This document shows, in pieces, positions 35,541-43,904 of a DNA stretch of 64,000 nucleotides (position 1 is the stretch's first letter; each line of letters starts with the position of its first letter). The stretch covers positions 12,545 to 76,544 of the forward strand of contig JAZDFZ010000067.1 of assembly GCA_043807425.1 (NCBI GenBank), read 5' to 3'. The position numbers and the translations under genes were made by a program. The notes beneath the pieces are model-generated. The model had not been told where the DNA came from. It saw nothing but the letters and a program-made list of their open reading frames with translations, and made no database searches. Origin of the DNA: Actinomycetota bacterium (GTDB taxonomy: Bacteria; Actinomycetota; Geothermincolia; Fen-727; Anoxymicrobiaceae).

Positions 35541-36184
35541 GCCGTTACCCCCTCTTCCCGCGTGTCCGCACGCATGAGTCCTTTCAACTGCAGCTCCACG
35601 AACTGGCGGCAGACCTCGTCGATGTCGTAGTCACCTACGCCGGCACTGAACGCTCGGGCCAGGTGTATCAGCCCACCTACGATGAAGTCAGCGGTCAGCC
35701 TGCTGTCCGTGTCCCTGAGGTAGCGTATCTCCCGGCCGTAGGCGACGAGCCGTGCGAACTGGTCGGTCAGCTTGTCCTGGAAGTCGTAGAAGAGCCCGGT
35801 CATCTCATCGTCGATCCCCACCAGCTCGTGCAGAAAGACCCTGGCCATCCCCCTGTTCCTCTCGATGAAGGCGAAGATCGTGGTCATCAGCTCGACCAGC
35901 AGGCGCTCGACCAGCTCGTCGTTCGGAGTCCCCAGCTCGGTATCCCCGAACCGCTCGATGATGCTGTCGACACTCAGGGTGATCTCCGAGAGGACCTCGT
36001 CGATCATGCCCTGGATGACCGCGGTGAAGAGCTCCCGCTTTCCGGAGAAGCGGGCGTAGAAAGTTGCGCGGGCGACATTTGCCTCCCGGAGGACGTCGGC
36101 GACAGTGGCGGCATGGTATCCCACCCGGGGAAATACCCGCGTGCTCGCCTCGAGTATCAGGTCGTTCTTGCTGTCGCTGCCCAC
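35537..36184 (-). CDS. TetR family transcriptional regulator (likely regulator of the hydratase gene)
   Basis: HTH ILEASTRVFPRVGYHAATVADVLREANVARATFYARF. Translationally coupled to the hydratase gene. Confidence 0.8.
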   Translation of the reverse strand: MGSDSKNDLILEASTRVFPRVGYHAATVADVLREANVARATFYARFSGKRELFTAVIQGMIDEVLSEITLSVDSIIERFGDTELGTPNDELVERLLVELMTTIFAFIERNRGMARVFLHELVGIDDEMTGLFYDFQDKLTDQFARLVAYGREIRYLRDTDSRLTADFIVGGLIHLARAFSAGVGDYDIDEVCRQFVELQLKGLMRADTREEGVTA

Positions 36185-36311
36185 CGGTCAAACCCCGCTG
36201 TCGCCACCTACTAGACAGACATGTATGTTCAGTACCGGAGGATAAGCGCATCCGTTCTATCTGTCAAGCTGAGGAAGGCGCGTCACGGCGAACAGGTACC
36301 GCCGGGAGGTG

Positions 36312-37616
36312 TCATCCCCCGTGGCAGGTTTTGAACTTCTTTCCCGAGCCGCAGGGGCAGGGGTCGTTACGGCCGGCGCGGACGAACGCCCGCCGCAGTT
36401 CTCTCTCCGACGCCTCCAGGATCTCCATGATCTCCGCGGGAGAGCGGCCCGAGTTGTACAGGCTGACCATGAGCTTCATCGGTTCGTCTATCCCGTGGAA
36501 GAAAGCCCTGTATCCCTCGCAGAGGTAGTTGAGCCCCGGCTCGCCGTCCGGGGCCGGCCGGAAGCGGTTCTTGGGGCACTCCCCCCTGCAGGCGAAGAGC
36601 ACGTCGCATTCGCGGCAGTAACCCGGGAGTCCGTCGCGTTTCGCTTCGCCGAAGCGCCGCTGACGTTCGGAGGTGACCAGGTGCGCCATCGGTTCGCGCA
36701 TAATGTTGCCAAGGAGGTAGCCGGGCTCCACGAAGTGGTCGCAGGAGTAGAGATCGCCGTTGTACTCGAGCGCCATGGCGTTCCCGCAGGTCTCGTCGAA
36801 GATGCACATCATGGCCGGGGCCCCCAGCCAGGAGGCGAAGGCGGCCTCGAAGAAGTTCACGTGGACCTCTCCGACGTCGCGCCTGAGCCACTCGGCGAAG
36901 ACACCGAGCAGGAACGAGCCCCAGAGGCCGGGCTCGACCGACCTGCCGGTGACTGTGTCGCCCTGCTGGAGAAGGGTGGTCCCGTCCTCGTTGATGCGTT
37001 CGACTATGGGGATGAACTGTATCCACTCGACCCCGACCTCGTCGCGGAAGAACGAGTAGACCTCCTCCGGGTGGCCCGCGTTCGCCGCGTGGACGGTGCA
37101 CAGCACGTTGAAGTCGACGTCATGCTCCCGCATCAGGCGGGCCGCCTTCATCACGCTATCGAAGGTGGGGCGGCCTCTGGCGTCCACCCGGTATGCGTCG
37201 TGCATCTCGCGGGGACCGTCCAGAGACAGGCCGACCAGGAATCCGTTGTCCCTCAGGAAACCGCACCACTCCTCGTCGAGCAGGGTTCCGTTGGTCTGCA
37301 CTGTGCAGGAGACACGCGTCCCCGCGGGGGCGCACTCGCCCGCTATCTCTAAAGACCGGGCGAAGAAGTCCAGGCCCATGAGGGTGGGCTCGCCGCCCTG
37401 CCAGGCGAGGGTGACCTCCGGCACACGCTGGGCCTCGACGCACTGCTCTATGTAGGCCCGCAGCACGCCGTCGTCCATGCGCGTGCGTTCGCCCGGGTAG
37501 AGCCGCTCCTTCTCCAGGAAGAAGCAGTAGCGGCAGGAGAGGTTGCAGGCCGAGCCGGTAGGCTTGGCCATGACGTGAAAGGCGCGAGGCCCCCCTTGAG
37601 AAACGGGATCGCCCAA
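36312..37616 (-). CDS. anaerobic sulfatase-maturating enzyme (radical SAM/SPASM) with C-terminal SEC-C motif
   Basis: CNLSCRYC radical-SAM motif near the N-terminus (FHVMAKPTGSACNLSCRYCF). SPASM-type Cys clusters (CGNAMALEYNGDLYSCDHF, CRECDVLFACRGEC). Last 20 aa, DPCPCGSGKKFKTCHG, match the SecA-type SEC-C zinc-finger motif. Confidence 0.8.
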   Translation of the reverse strand: MGDPVSQGGPRAFHVMAKPTGSACNLSCRYCFFLEKERLYPGERTRMDDGVLRAYIEQCVEAQRVPEVTLAWQGGEPTLMGLDFFARSLEIAGECAPAGTRVSCTVQTNGTLLDEEWCGFLRDNGFLVGLSLDGPREMHDAYRVDARGRPTFDSVMKAARLMREHDVDFNVLCTVHAANAGHPEEVYSFFRDEVGVEWIQFIPIVERINEDGTTLLQQGDTVTGRSVEPGLWGSFLLGVFAEWLRRDVGEVHVNFFEAAFASWLGAPAMMCIFDETCGNAMALEYNGDLYSCDHFVEPGYLLGNIMREPMAHLVTSERQRRFGEAKRDGLPGYCRECDVLFACRGECPKNRFRPAPDGEPGLNYLCEGYRAFFHGIDEPMKLMVSLYNSGRSPAEIMEILEASERELRRAFVRAGRNDPCPCGSGKKFKTCHGG

Positions 37617-37620
37617 TCGA

Positions 37621-38295
37621 CTAACCCAGGCCGCTTATGCCCTTGCCGATAAGCACAACACCAAAGACCAGCAGCAGCACGAACATTACCGTGGCGTTGT
37701 TCTCCGTCAGCCAGGCCTTCCACGAGTTCAGGGTCTTCTCGGCCCTGGTTCCCATGACAAGGTTGATGACGACCGGGACGGCAACGGTGGCCGCCCCGAT
37801 GGCCAGGAAGATCGCGAACGAGATGACGATCTCCCCCGTGGCCAGGCCTCCCTGGGCGATGGCCATGGAAGCGGCGAGGGTGAGCACCAGGTTCTTGGGG
37901 TTCACCCCCGAGAGCAGCGCCGCCAGCCCGAGCGACTTCAACGGAGTGAACTCGTCGATGGCGGACATCCACTTCGGCATCTCCGGTTCTTCTCCGGGCC
38001 CCGGCCGCTTGCGCCAGTTTCGCAACGCCATGAACAGGAGCAGCACGCCCAGCACGAGCCTGAGGACGGCCGTCCCCTTGGAGGCCCCGCTGCTGGTGGC
38101 GATATCAGCGGCGCTTGCGACCGCGTAGACGATCCAGAACGCGGCCGAGAGGCCGGCGACCCATCCCAGCAGGAAAGCCAGGCTGTTGACCTTCGCCTTC
38201 CCGCTGAACAGCATGAGGATCACCGCGATTATCGGCACCGGGCTGATGGCAACGCCGAGGGCCAGCGGAAGCATACTGCCTAACACGTCTCCCAT
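37621..38295 (-). CDS. GAP/DUF2910-like polytopic membrane protein
   Basis: Six hydrophobic helices in two related halves; no catalytic motif recognised. Confidence 0.45.
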   Translation of the reverse strand: MGDVLGSMLPLALGVAISPVPIIAVILMLFSGKAKVNSLAFLLGWVAGLSAAFWIVYAVASAADIATSSGASKGTAVLRLVLGVLLLFMALRNWRKRPGPGEEPEMPKWMSAIDEFTPLKSLGLAALLSGVNPKNLVLTLAASMAIAQGGLATGEIVISFAIFLAIGAATVAVPVVINLVMGTRAEKTLNSWKAWLTENNATVMFVLLLVFGVVLIGKGISGLG

Positions 38296-38446
38296 GGTAG
38301 TACCTGCCTTCCAAGTGATATCGATTCCGGTGAAAGGACGAGTAACATTCTTTCACAATGGGACCTGCAGGCAACCCGCGATGGGTGCGCGGCGCGACAG
38401 TGGGGGGGATGCGATCGACGAAGCGGGTATGCGACCGTGCCGGTAC

Positions 38447-39157
38447 CTAGCTCTTCCGGGCCTCCACCAGTTCGATCCGCTTTGTCTCGTCTTCCGCGAT
38501 GGTCTCCATGACAAGGCCCACGCCCGGGGCGTAGTACTTGTATTCCTTCGCCTCAGGGTCGAGAGGAGTCCATTCATAGGTCTTGAGACATCCCTGGTAG
38601 GCCCCGGCCTTGACCGCGACCGACTCGTCAAGGCCCACGACACGGGCCATGTCCTCCGCCTCGCCCCTGTAGTACTCCTGGCGGTACTCCTCGCCGACCT
38701 CCGGTTCGGCCTGCATGACGATCCCCGGTTGGGCGCCGTCCACCCCGGCCTCCCAGGAACCGGCGGTGCTCACCACTTTGCCGTCCTTGTAATCCTTCAC
38801 GTCCTCTCCGAAGTACCAGACGTTTCCGTCCTTGTCCTGTGCGTACCAGTCGAAGGTATCCTCCACGACCTGGCCGTTCACGGCCACGGTGTCCCTGACC
38901 ACCACGCAGGGAACGCCGAGTATCTCCCTGGTCTCGTTTGTCACCAGGACCTCCACGTGTTCCAGGCCGTCACCGGTGTCGCCCTCATAGATCTTGGTGG
39001 TCCCGGGAGTCAGGGGAAGGAACTCGTTGTCGATGGTGGACACAAAATCCGTGGGGACGATCTCGACCTTGTAGGTTGTATCCGTGTTCCCGCCGTTGCA
39101 TCCCGTTACCAGCAGGGCCAGCAACGCGACGACTACCGACCCGATGGCCCGCTTCAT
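38447..39157 (-). CDS. hypothetical lipoprotein
   Basis: Lipobox MKRAIGSVVVALLALLVTGCNGG. GGGAGGTG SD 6 nt before ATG 39157. Acidic, beta-rich. Confidence 0.5.
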   Translation of the reverse strand: MKRAIGSVVVALLALLVTGCNGGNTDTTYKVEIVPTDFVSTIDNEFLPLTPGTTKIYEGDTGDGLEHVEVLVTNETREILGVPCVVVRDTVAVNGQVVEDTFDWYAQDKDGNVWYFGEDVKDYKDGKVVSTAGSWEAGVDGAQPGIVMQAEPEVGEEYRQEYYRGEAEDMARVVGLDESVAVKAGAYQGCLKTYEWTPLDPEAKEYKYYAPGVGLVMETIAEDETKRIELVEARKS

Positions 39158-39252
39158 GACAGGCACCTCCCTGTCCGGCTTACCGGAGTCCGGATCCCCT
39201 TGTCATCCGCTATCGGCGACACGATGCGGATGGCCGGCGTGACCCGGCTTTA

Positions 39253-40806
39253 CTAGATCGCCTCGTAGCGGATGTCCTCATCGCCGTGCGTCTCCTTTAT
39301 CCAGCGGTCGTAGAGGGCGTCGAAGGCGGCGGGGTCTTCGCTGCGCGCGCGAAGGGCGCCGGAGAGTTCCTCTCCCGTCGCGTTTCTGAATACGTTCTTC
39401 TCATAGTAGTCCTGGAGCGCCTCCTCGAAGGTGAGCTCGCCCATCTCGTTCCACAGCTCGTCGAAGAAGAACGGGCCCTTGGAGTAGACGATCGCGCCAT
39501 ACTGGTCGCCGTCCCGGAACCCCGCCACGGGCTGGTCCACCGCGGCGTCCGGTACGCCGTCCTCGCGGGCCGCGACATAGCCGTCCGCGAGGTCCTCACT
39601 GACTGAGAGAGCTTCGTCCTCCCCGTACCGCCACAGCGAGTATGCGACCTCACAGTAACTGGTCAGCGACTCGTCCTGCCAGGGGTGGCCGATGGAGTCG
39701 CTTCCCACCCCGAGAGCCCACCACTGGTGGCAGACCTCGTGGGCGACCGTGAGGTCCAGCCCGGTCGTCTCCTCGAGGTCCTCGTAGAGGAAGGAGGCTA
39801 TCTGCACCTGCCCCGTGAACTCCATGCCGTAGGAATCGCTGAGCGGTGCCTCGCAGATGTTGAGCCTGGTGTAGGGGTACGGGCCGAAGTGCTCCGAGAA
39901 CTGCTCCAGCGCGGCGCAGCCGGAATTAAGCGCCTCCAGGCCCGCCTTCCGGTCCTCCCCTGAGAAGTACGAGGTGACGGTGGTCGAGTCGACCTTACGG
40001 TCCACGGAGAGGTAGCCGGAGCCCGCCTGCGCCTCGAAGTCTCTCGCGGGCCCGGCCGCGTACACGTGGGCGTCGCCCCGCCTCCCTGTCTCGACGCCGG
40101 TGGCGGCCACCGTGAAGCCGTCGGGCGCGTCGAAGGAGACGAAGTAGTAAGAGCAGTCGTAGAATGCGACGTCCCCGTCCGTCGGTGTCTCCCTCCTGTC
40201 CCACGCGCCGTCCGGGCACGTGACCACGGTGGGAAGGAAGTTACCGAGATCGAATACGCCCTCGCCGTACCCGTATATCCCACCGTTGCCGGACTCGTCG
40301 ACGGGTGGGACCTTCTCGTCGAACGAGAACGCGACGAACGCCTCCTCCCCCGGAGGGAGTCCGCCGGGTATGCCCACCTCGAGGAAGGAGCCCTGGAGCG
40401 TATGCTCGGCGGGACGCCCGTCAGCCCTCACCTCGTCGATCTCGACCGCCCGGCCGGACAGCTCCGTGCCGGGGTCGTTCGCGTACACGCGGAAGACGAT
40501 CTCGGAGAGCACCGCCTTCGTCCGGTTCGTGTAGAGGACCCGTTCCTCCGCCTGCACGGACTTCGCCTTCGCGTCCAGCTCGGCGTCCACGGAGTAGATG
40601 GTGGCTCCGCGCGTCTTTCCGCGAGCGAGCCGCTCCCCGTCCGTGGTGAGGTACTCCTCCGCCTCCGCCCGCGAGGCCTTCATCTGCGAGGCCGTCGTCG
40701 GCAGCGAGGCCTGGGGCTGACCGCAGCCGGCCGCGAGCAGGCAGACGCCCGAAGCGGCGGAGAATAACACCGACACGAGCAGGGCTTCCGCGATCAGACG
40801 GTACAA
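39253..40806 (-). CDS. M1-family zinc aminopeptidase-like lipoprotein
   Basis: GMEF (GAMEN-like) motif, then HEVCHQWW HExxH, then a downstream Glu. Lipobox LLAAGCG. Start uncertain (TTG ~40806); the track ORF extends to 41412 through a non-coding low-complexity frame. Confidence 0.65.
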   Translation of the reverse strand: MYRLIAEALLVSVLFSAASGVCLLAAGCGQPQASLPTTASQMKASRAEAEEYLTTDGERLARGKTRGATIYSVDAELDAKAKSVQAEERVLYTNRTKAVLSEIVFRVYANDPGTELSGRAVEIDEVRADGRPAEHTLQGSFLEVGIPGGLPPGEEAFVAFSFDEKVPPVDESGNGGIYGYGEGVFDLGNFLPTVVTCPDGAWDRRETPTDGDVAFYDCSYYFVSFDAPDGFTVAATGVETGRRGDAHVYAAGPARDFEAQAGSGYLSVDRKVDSTTVTSYFSGEDRKAGLEALNSGCAALEQFSEHFGPYPYTRLNICEAPLSDSYGMEFTGQVQIASFLYEDLEETTGLDLTVAHEVCHQWWALGVGSDSIGHPWQDESLTSYCEVAYSLWRYGEDEALSVSEDLADGYVAAREDGVPDAAVDQPVAGFRDGDQYGAIVYSKGPFFFDELWNEMGELTFEEALQDYYEKNVFRNATGEELSGALRARSEDPAAFDALYDRWIKETHGDEDIRYEAI

Positions 40807-41016
40807 GCGTCCCGGTTTCGTTATCTCGCTCCTCCCTCGCGTTGCCGGACACGTATTGCATAGGGGTAAGACCTCTTTGCTCCATTCTACCCGAGCGGCA
40901 GCCGTGGGCGGGACGCGCCGGCGTGATATATTGGAAGCCTGTATAAGACGGTACACTGCCAAGGTGGTGGCGCCCTGAAGAGGAGCGGTGGCAAGGAGCT
41001 CGCCAGGATCCAGGAA

Positions 41017-42090
41017 ATGTGGATCTGGCGATGGGGGATCAGGAGCTGGCTTTTCCTGGGGCTGTTCGGCGCGATCGTCGTCGCCGGGATGGTCTACTCC
41101 AAGGCGCACCAGGTCATCCTCCCCCTGATCGTTGCCCTGATCATCGGTATCCTGCTCCAGCCTTTCGTGGACTGGCAGGTCCGGCATCATTTCCCGCGAT
41201 GGGCGGCCGTGGTGGTGACGATGATCCTGATCGTGGCTGTGCTGGCCGGGGTGGTGACAATCCTTATCTACGGCATAAGCTCTCAGGCCGGCTCTATCGG
41301 GAAGCAGGTCAGGGACGGGGTCGAGAAGATCAAGGATTGGGTCGACAACCTGAAGGTCACCAAATCGGTCTCCGACTGGATCCACGGGACGATCCAGGAG
41401 GCGTGGGAACACGCGAACACCGGCCTCATCGGGATCATCTCCAAGAGCGTCCCCGGCATCGCATCCTTCGCGATAGGATTATTCATCGCGTTCTTCTTCC
41501 TCATCTTCCTGCTCGGTGACGACGGCACCATCAAGGAGTGGGTGACCGACCACATGGGCGTGGAGAAGGACCAGGCCGGGATCATCCTCGATGGGGTGAA
41601 CACCGCCATCAGGGGCTACTTCAGGGGGACGACCATAATAGCAACCGTGGACGCGATACTGTTCATCCCCATCACCCTCATACTGGGCGTGCCCCTGGTC
41701 GGGCCGATAGTCCTGGTGACCTTCGTCACCTGCTATATCCCGTCCTTCGGGGGCTACATAGGGGGCGCCTTCGCGGTGTTCATCGCCCTGGCGGCCAAGG
41801 GCCTTGGCGCGGGCCTGGTCATGCTGGTGTACGCCATACTCGTCCATACCATAATGCAGAACCCCATCCAGGCCGTGGCCTACGGGAAGACCCTCAAGCT
41901 GCACCCGTTGCTGGCGCTGCTGGTCACGCTGCTCGGCGCGGTCTTCGCCGGCATCGCGGGGGCCATCCTGGCCGTCCCCGTAACGGCCATTGTCCTGAAG
42001 GTCACCGGGGAGATACGGAAGGCCCGGGAGACGGCGGAGCCCCCGGCGGGCGAAGGATCACCGGCCCCCGGGGACAGTGGCGGGACTTAG
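41017..42090 (+). CDS. AI-2E family transporter (second paralog)
   Basis: Same architecture and conserved C-terminal block (PSFGGYIGGAFAVFIALAAKG) as the 11770-12888 gene. Confidence 0.75.
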   Translation: MWIWRWGIRSWLFLGLFGAIVVAGMVYSKAHQVILPLIVALIIGILLQPFVDWQVRHHFPRWAAVVVTMILIVAVLAGVVTILIYGISSQAGSIGKQVRDGVEKIKDWVDNLKVTKSVSDWIHGTIQEAWEHANTGLIGIISKSVPGIASFAIGLFIAFFFLIFLLGDDGTIKEWVTDHMGVEKDQAGIILDGVNTAIRGYFRGTTIIATVDAILFIPITLILGVPLVGPIVLVTFVTCYIPSFGGYIGGAFAVFIALAAKGLGAGLVMLVYAILVHTIMQNPIQAVAYGKTLKLHPLLALLVTLLGAVFAGIAGAILAVPVTAIVLKVTGEIRKARETAEPPAGEGSPAPGDSGGT

Positions 42091-42227
42091 TGCCCCGTTT
42101 CATAAACACGGTCTCGTATGATCGCGTCCATGGAATGGTGTGGCAAGCGAAGCCCCGTCACCGCCTCGATCTCCACCGGCGCCCAGGGCACCGCCAGACC
42201 ACTCACGATCAGGACCCTGACCGAACT

Positions 42228-42395
42228 GGTGTCAGACATTTGAATCCCAATAGTTAACTGTAATTAACTAATATAGTATCTATTCTGATATAGTAACAGT
42301 CAACTCGGGCCCTAACCTTGGATTCGGGCGATTCGCGTTGTTTCTGACCCATTGTGTCAACTCCTGTTGCTGGTGTGATTCAAATGTCTGACACC
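42228..42395. repeat. 19-bp perfect inverted repeats flanking an AT-rich palindromic island and the 3' end of the RAYT gene
   Basis: GGTGTCAGACATTTGAATC at 42228-42246 is the exact reverse complement of 42377-42395. Between them lies 42247-42300, which is below 30 % GC and contains AGTTAACTG...CAGTCAACT and ATATAGTA x2. Confidence 0.6.
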
Positions 42396-43172
42396 TCGCG
42401 AGATCTTGCAGACCATGGACGGAGTCAACCCGACCTGCTCCCCGATCTCGGCGAGCGTGTACCCGAAGACCTGGTAGGCTTGGCCGATCGCCGTATTCCG
42501 AGACTCGTTCGAGTCGCATCCTTCGAACAGCTCTGCCAATGTCGGTCGCTGCCGCTCCCTGACCCTGCAGGTGGCAACAGGCTCGCTCGAGTAGTACCTG
42601 GATTTCATGTCGAGCTCCACCTCGGGTGAGGACCCGCTCACGAAGTCGATGTAGGTGTTGCGTGCCCTTCGGTCATCAGTCGAGAACAGGGACAGTGCCG
42701 GACGGACACTCAGGAAATCCGGGGCGGGAGTTATCCCGGCGGTGGCGCTGTAGCTGCTCCACAGCCATTCCCCCGGGTGGGTACATATCCCGGCGTCCAT
42801 AGGATTCCTCGCGATGTACTTCAGGGCATTGCGGAACCGATAGTCGTCATCGATGCGGTCGGACATGAAGTGCTCACGAAACAGGCGACCCTTCCGCCTG
42901 TGGCGCTTGTTGAACCTCCTCGAGTAGACACCGTCGAGCATCTTGACGCCGTCAGACAGGTTCTCTGCGCGGGTGTCGACGATCAGGTGATAGTGAGTGC
43001 TCAACAGGCAGTAGCCGCAACAGATCCACCTGAACCGGTAGACGACGCATCCGAGCTGTCTCAGGAACGAGGTCCGGTCGAAGTCGTCGAGGAATACGCT
43101 GCGGTCGTCCACGCCGTGGGAGGCGACGTGGAACACTCCAGGGAGAAGGTCGCTGCGGGCTTCTCTAGGCAT
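42357..43172 (-). CDS. Y1 (HUH) IS200-like/REP-associated tyrosine transposase fused to a DnaA-C-like HTH domain
   Basis: HUH motif HYHLIV. Conserved Tyr region in RNALKYIARNPMDAG. C-terminal GYTLAEIGEQVGLTPSMVCKISR resembles the DnaA domain-IV helix-turn-helix. Confidence 0.75.
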   Translation of the reverse strand: MPREARSDLLPGVFHVASHGVDDRSVFLDDFDRTSFLRQLGCVVYRFRWICCGYCLLSTHYHLIVDTRAENLSDGVKMLDGVYSRRFNKRHRRKGRLFREHFMSDRIDDDYRFRNALKYIARNPMDAGICTHPGEWLWSSYSATAGITPAPDFLSVRPALSLFSTDDRRARNTYIDFVSGSSPEVELDMKSRYYSSEPVATCRVRERQRPTLAELFEGCDSNESRNTAIGQAYQVFGYTLAEIGEQVGLTPSMVCKISRGVRHLNHTSNRS

Positions 43173-43206
43173 GATCTTGGCTCCCGTCTTTCAATTCATA
43201 AATCGA

Positions 43207-43255
43207 GCTAAGCATAGCAAGCTACAGCATAGCAAGCTACAGCATAGCAAGCTAT
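43207..43255. repeat. 3.3 tandem copies of a 15-bp unit AGCATAGCAAGCTAC immediately upstream of the RAYT start
   Basis: Each unit carries the mini-palindrome TAGCaaGCTA. Array lies 35-85 bp upstream of RAYT ATG 43172. Confidence 0.7.
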
Positions 43256-43377
43256 TCATTCTGCATCAAGGATGGGTTTCAGCCGGAAGAACCTGCGTGC
43301 GGTGGCTGGGAGGATCGCCACCAGATTACGAGTTGGCGCACTCATAAACCGCAGGGCGAATGACTGACGCAGTGATT

Positions 43378-43899
43378 CTAAAGCCCCATCTCCCGCAGCG
43401 CGGCGAGCTGTCCAGCGCATTCCTCCCCGCATAGCGGAGGGCAGTCGGCCAGCAGCTTCTTCTCCCTGATCACGGCGTCCGCGAAGGCCATGCAGGCAGG
43501 CACGCCGCACTGCCCGCAGTTCGTCCGGGGGAGCAGCTTGAGCACGTCCAGGACCTTCGGTCTCTCGTAGGAGGCGTAGCTCGGCTCGATCTGATCACGC
43601 CTCTCCCAGATCGAGTTGATCCTGCTCACGAGTTCCTGCACGATCCGGGTGGCCTCACCCCGATCCGAGATGTTGCTGACCGCGATCTCGTCTGCGCGGA
43701 GAGCGTAGCGGTGAGCGCCCTCGGACCAGACGAGGACGGGGACGCCCGCGATGTACTCGGCCTTCTCGACGGTCGCGTTTACGAAAGGCAACACATCACT
43801 GATGTCGGCGCCGAGCCTCACGGTCGCCCTGTAGATGGATGACTCGAGGTCGCACTCCGGCGTCGAGAGCTCCAGCTCGTAGTCTTCTATGAGCGCCAT
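43378..43899 (-). CDS. Fe-S cluster domain protein (C-terminal PF04060-like CxxCxxxxC...C motif as in the CFeSP/RnfB N-terminus)
   Basis: C-terminal LPRTNCGQCGVPACMAFADAV...CPPLCGEEC. Start ATG 43899 lies 5 nt after the protease stop. N-terminal ~120 aa of unknown function. Confidence 0.55.
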   Translation of the reverse strand: MALIEDYELELSTPECDLESSIYRATVRLGADISDVLPFVNATVEKAEYIAGVPVLVWSEGAHRYALRADEIAVSNISDRGEATRIVQELVSRINSIWERRDQIEPSYASYERPKVLDVLKLLPRTNCGQCGVPACMAFADAVIREKKLLADCPPLCGEECAGQLAALREMGL

Positions 43900-43904
43900 G
43901 CCCG

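Noticed and set aside
40807-41412. N-terminal 200-aa His/Asp/Pro-rich extension of the M1 peptidase ORF
   Set aside because: Translation upstream of the lipoprotein signal peptide is low-complexity. It overlaps the divergent AI-2E transporter promoter and start, so it is likely a stop-free non-coding frame. The start was set near TTG 40806, but the exact codon is uncertain.
43207-43255. Possible CRISPR array (15-bp tandem repeats)
   Set aside because: Units are only 15 bp and directly abutting with no spacers, only 3.3 copies, and no cas genes nearby. Interpreted instead as iteron/REP-like repeats of the RAYT locus.
43256-43510. 84-aa minus-strand ORF overlapping the 3' end of the Fe-S protein gene
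   Set aside because: Overlaps a better-supported CDS in another frame. Arg/Ala-rich with no start context.
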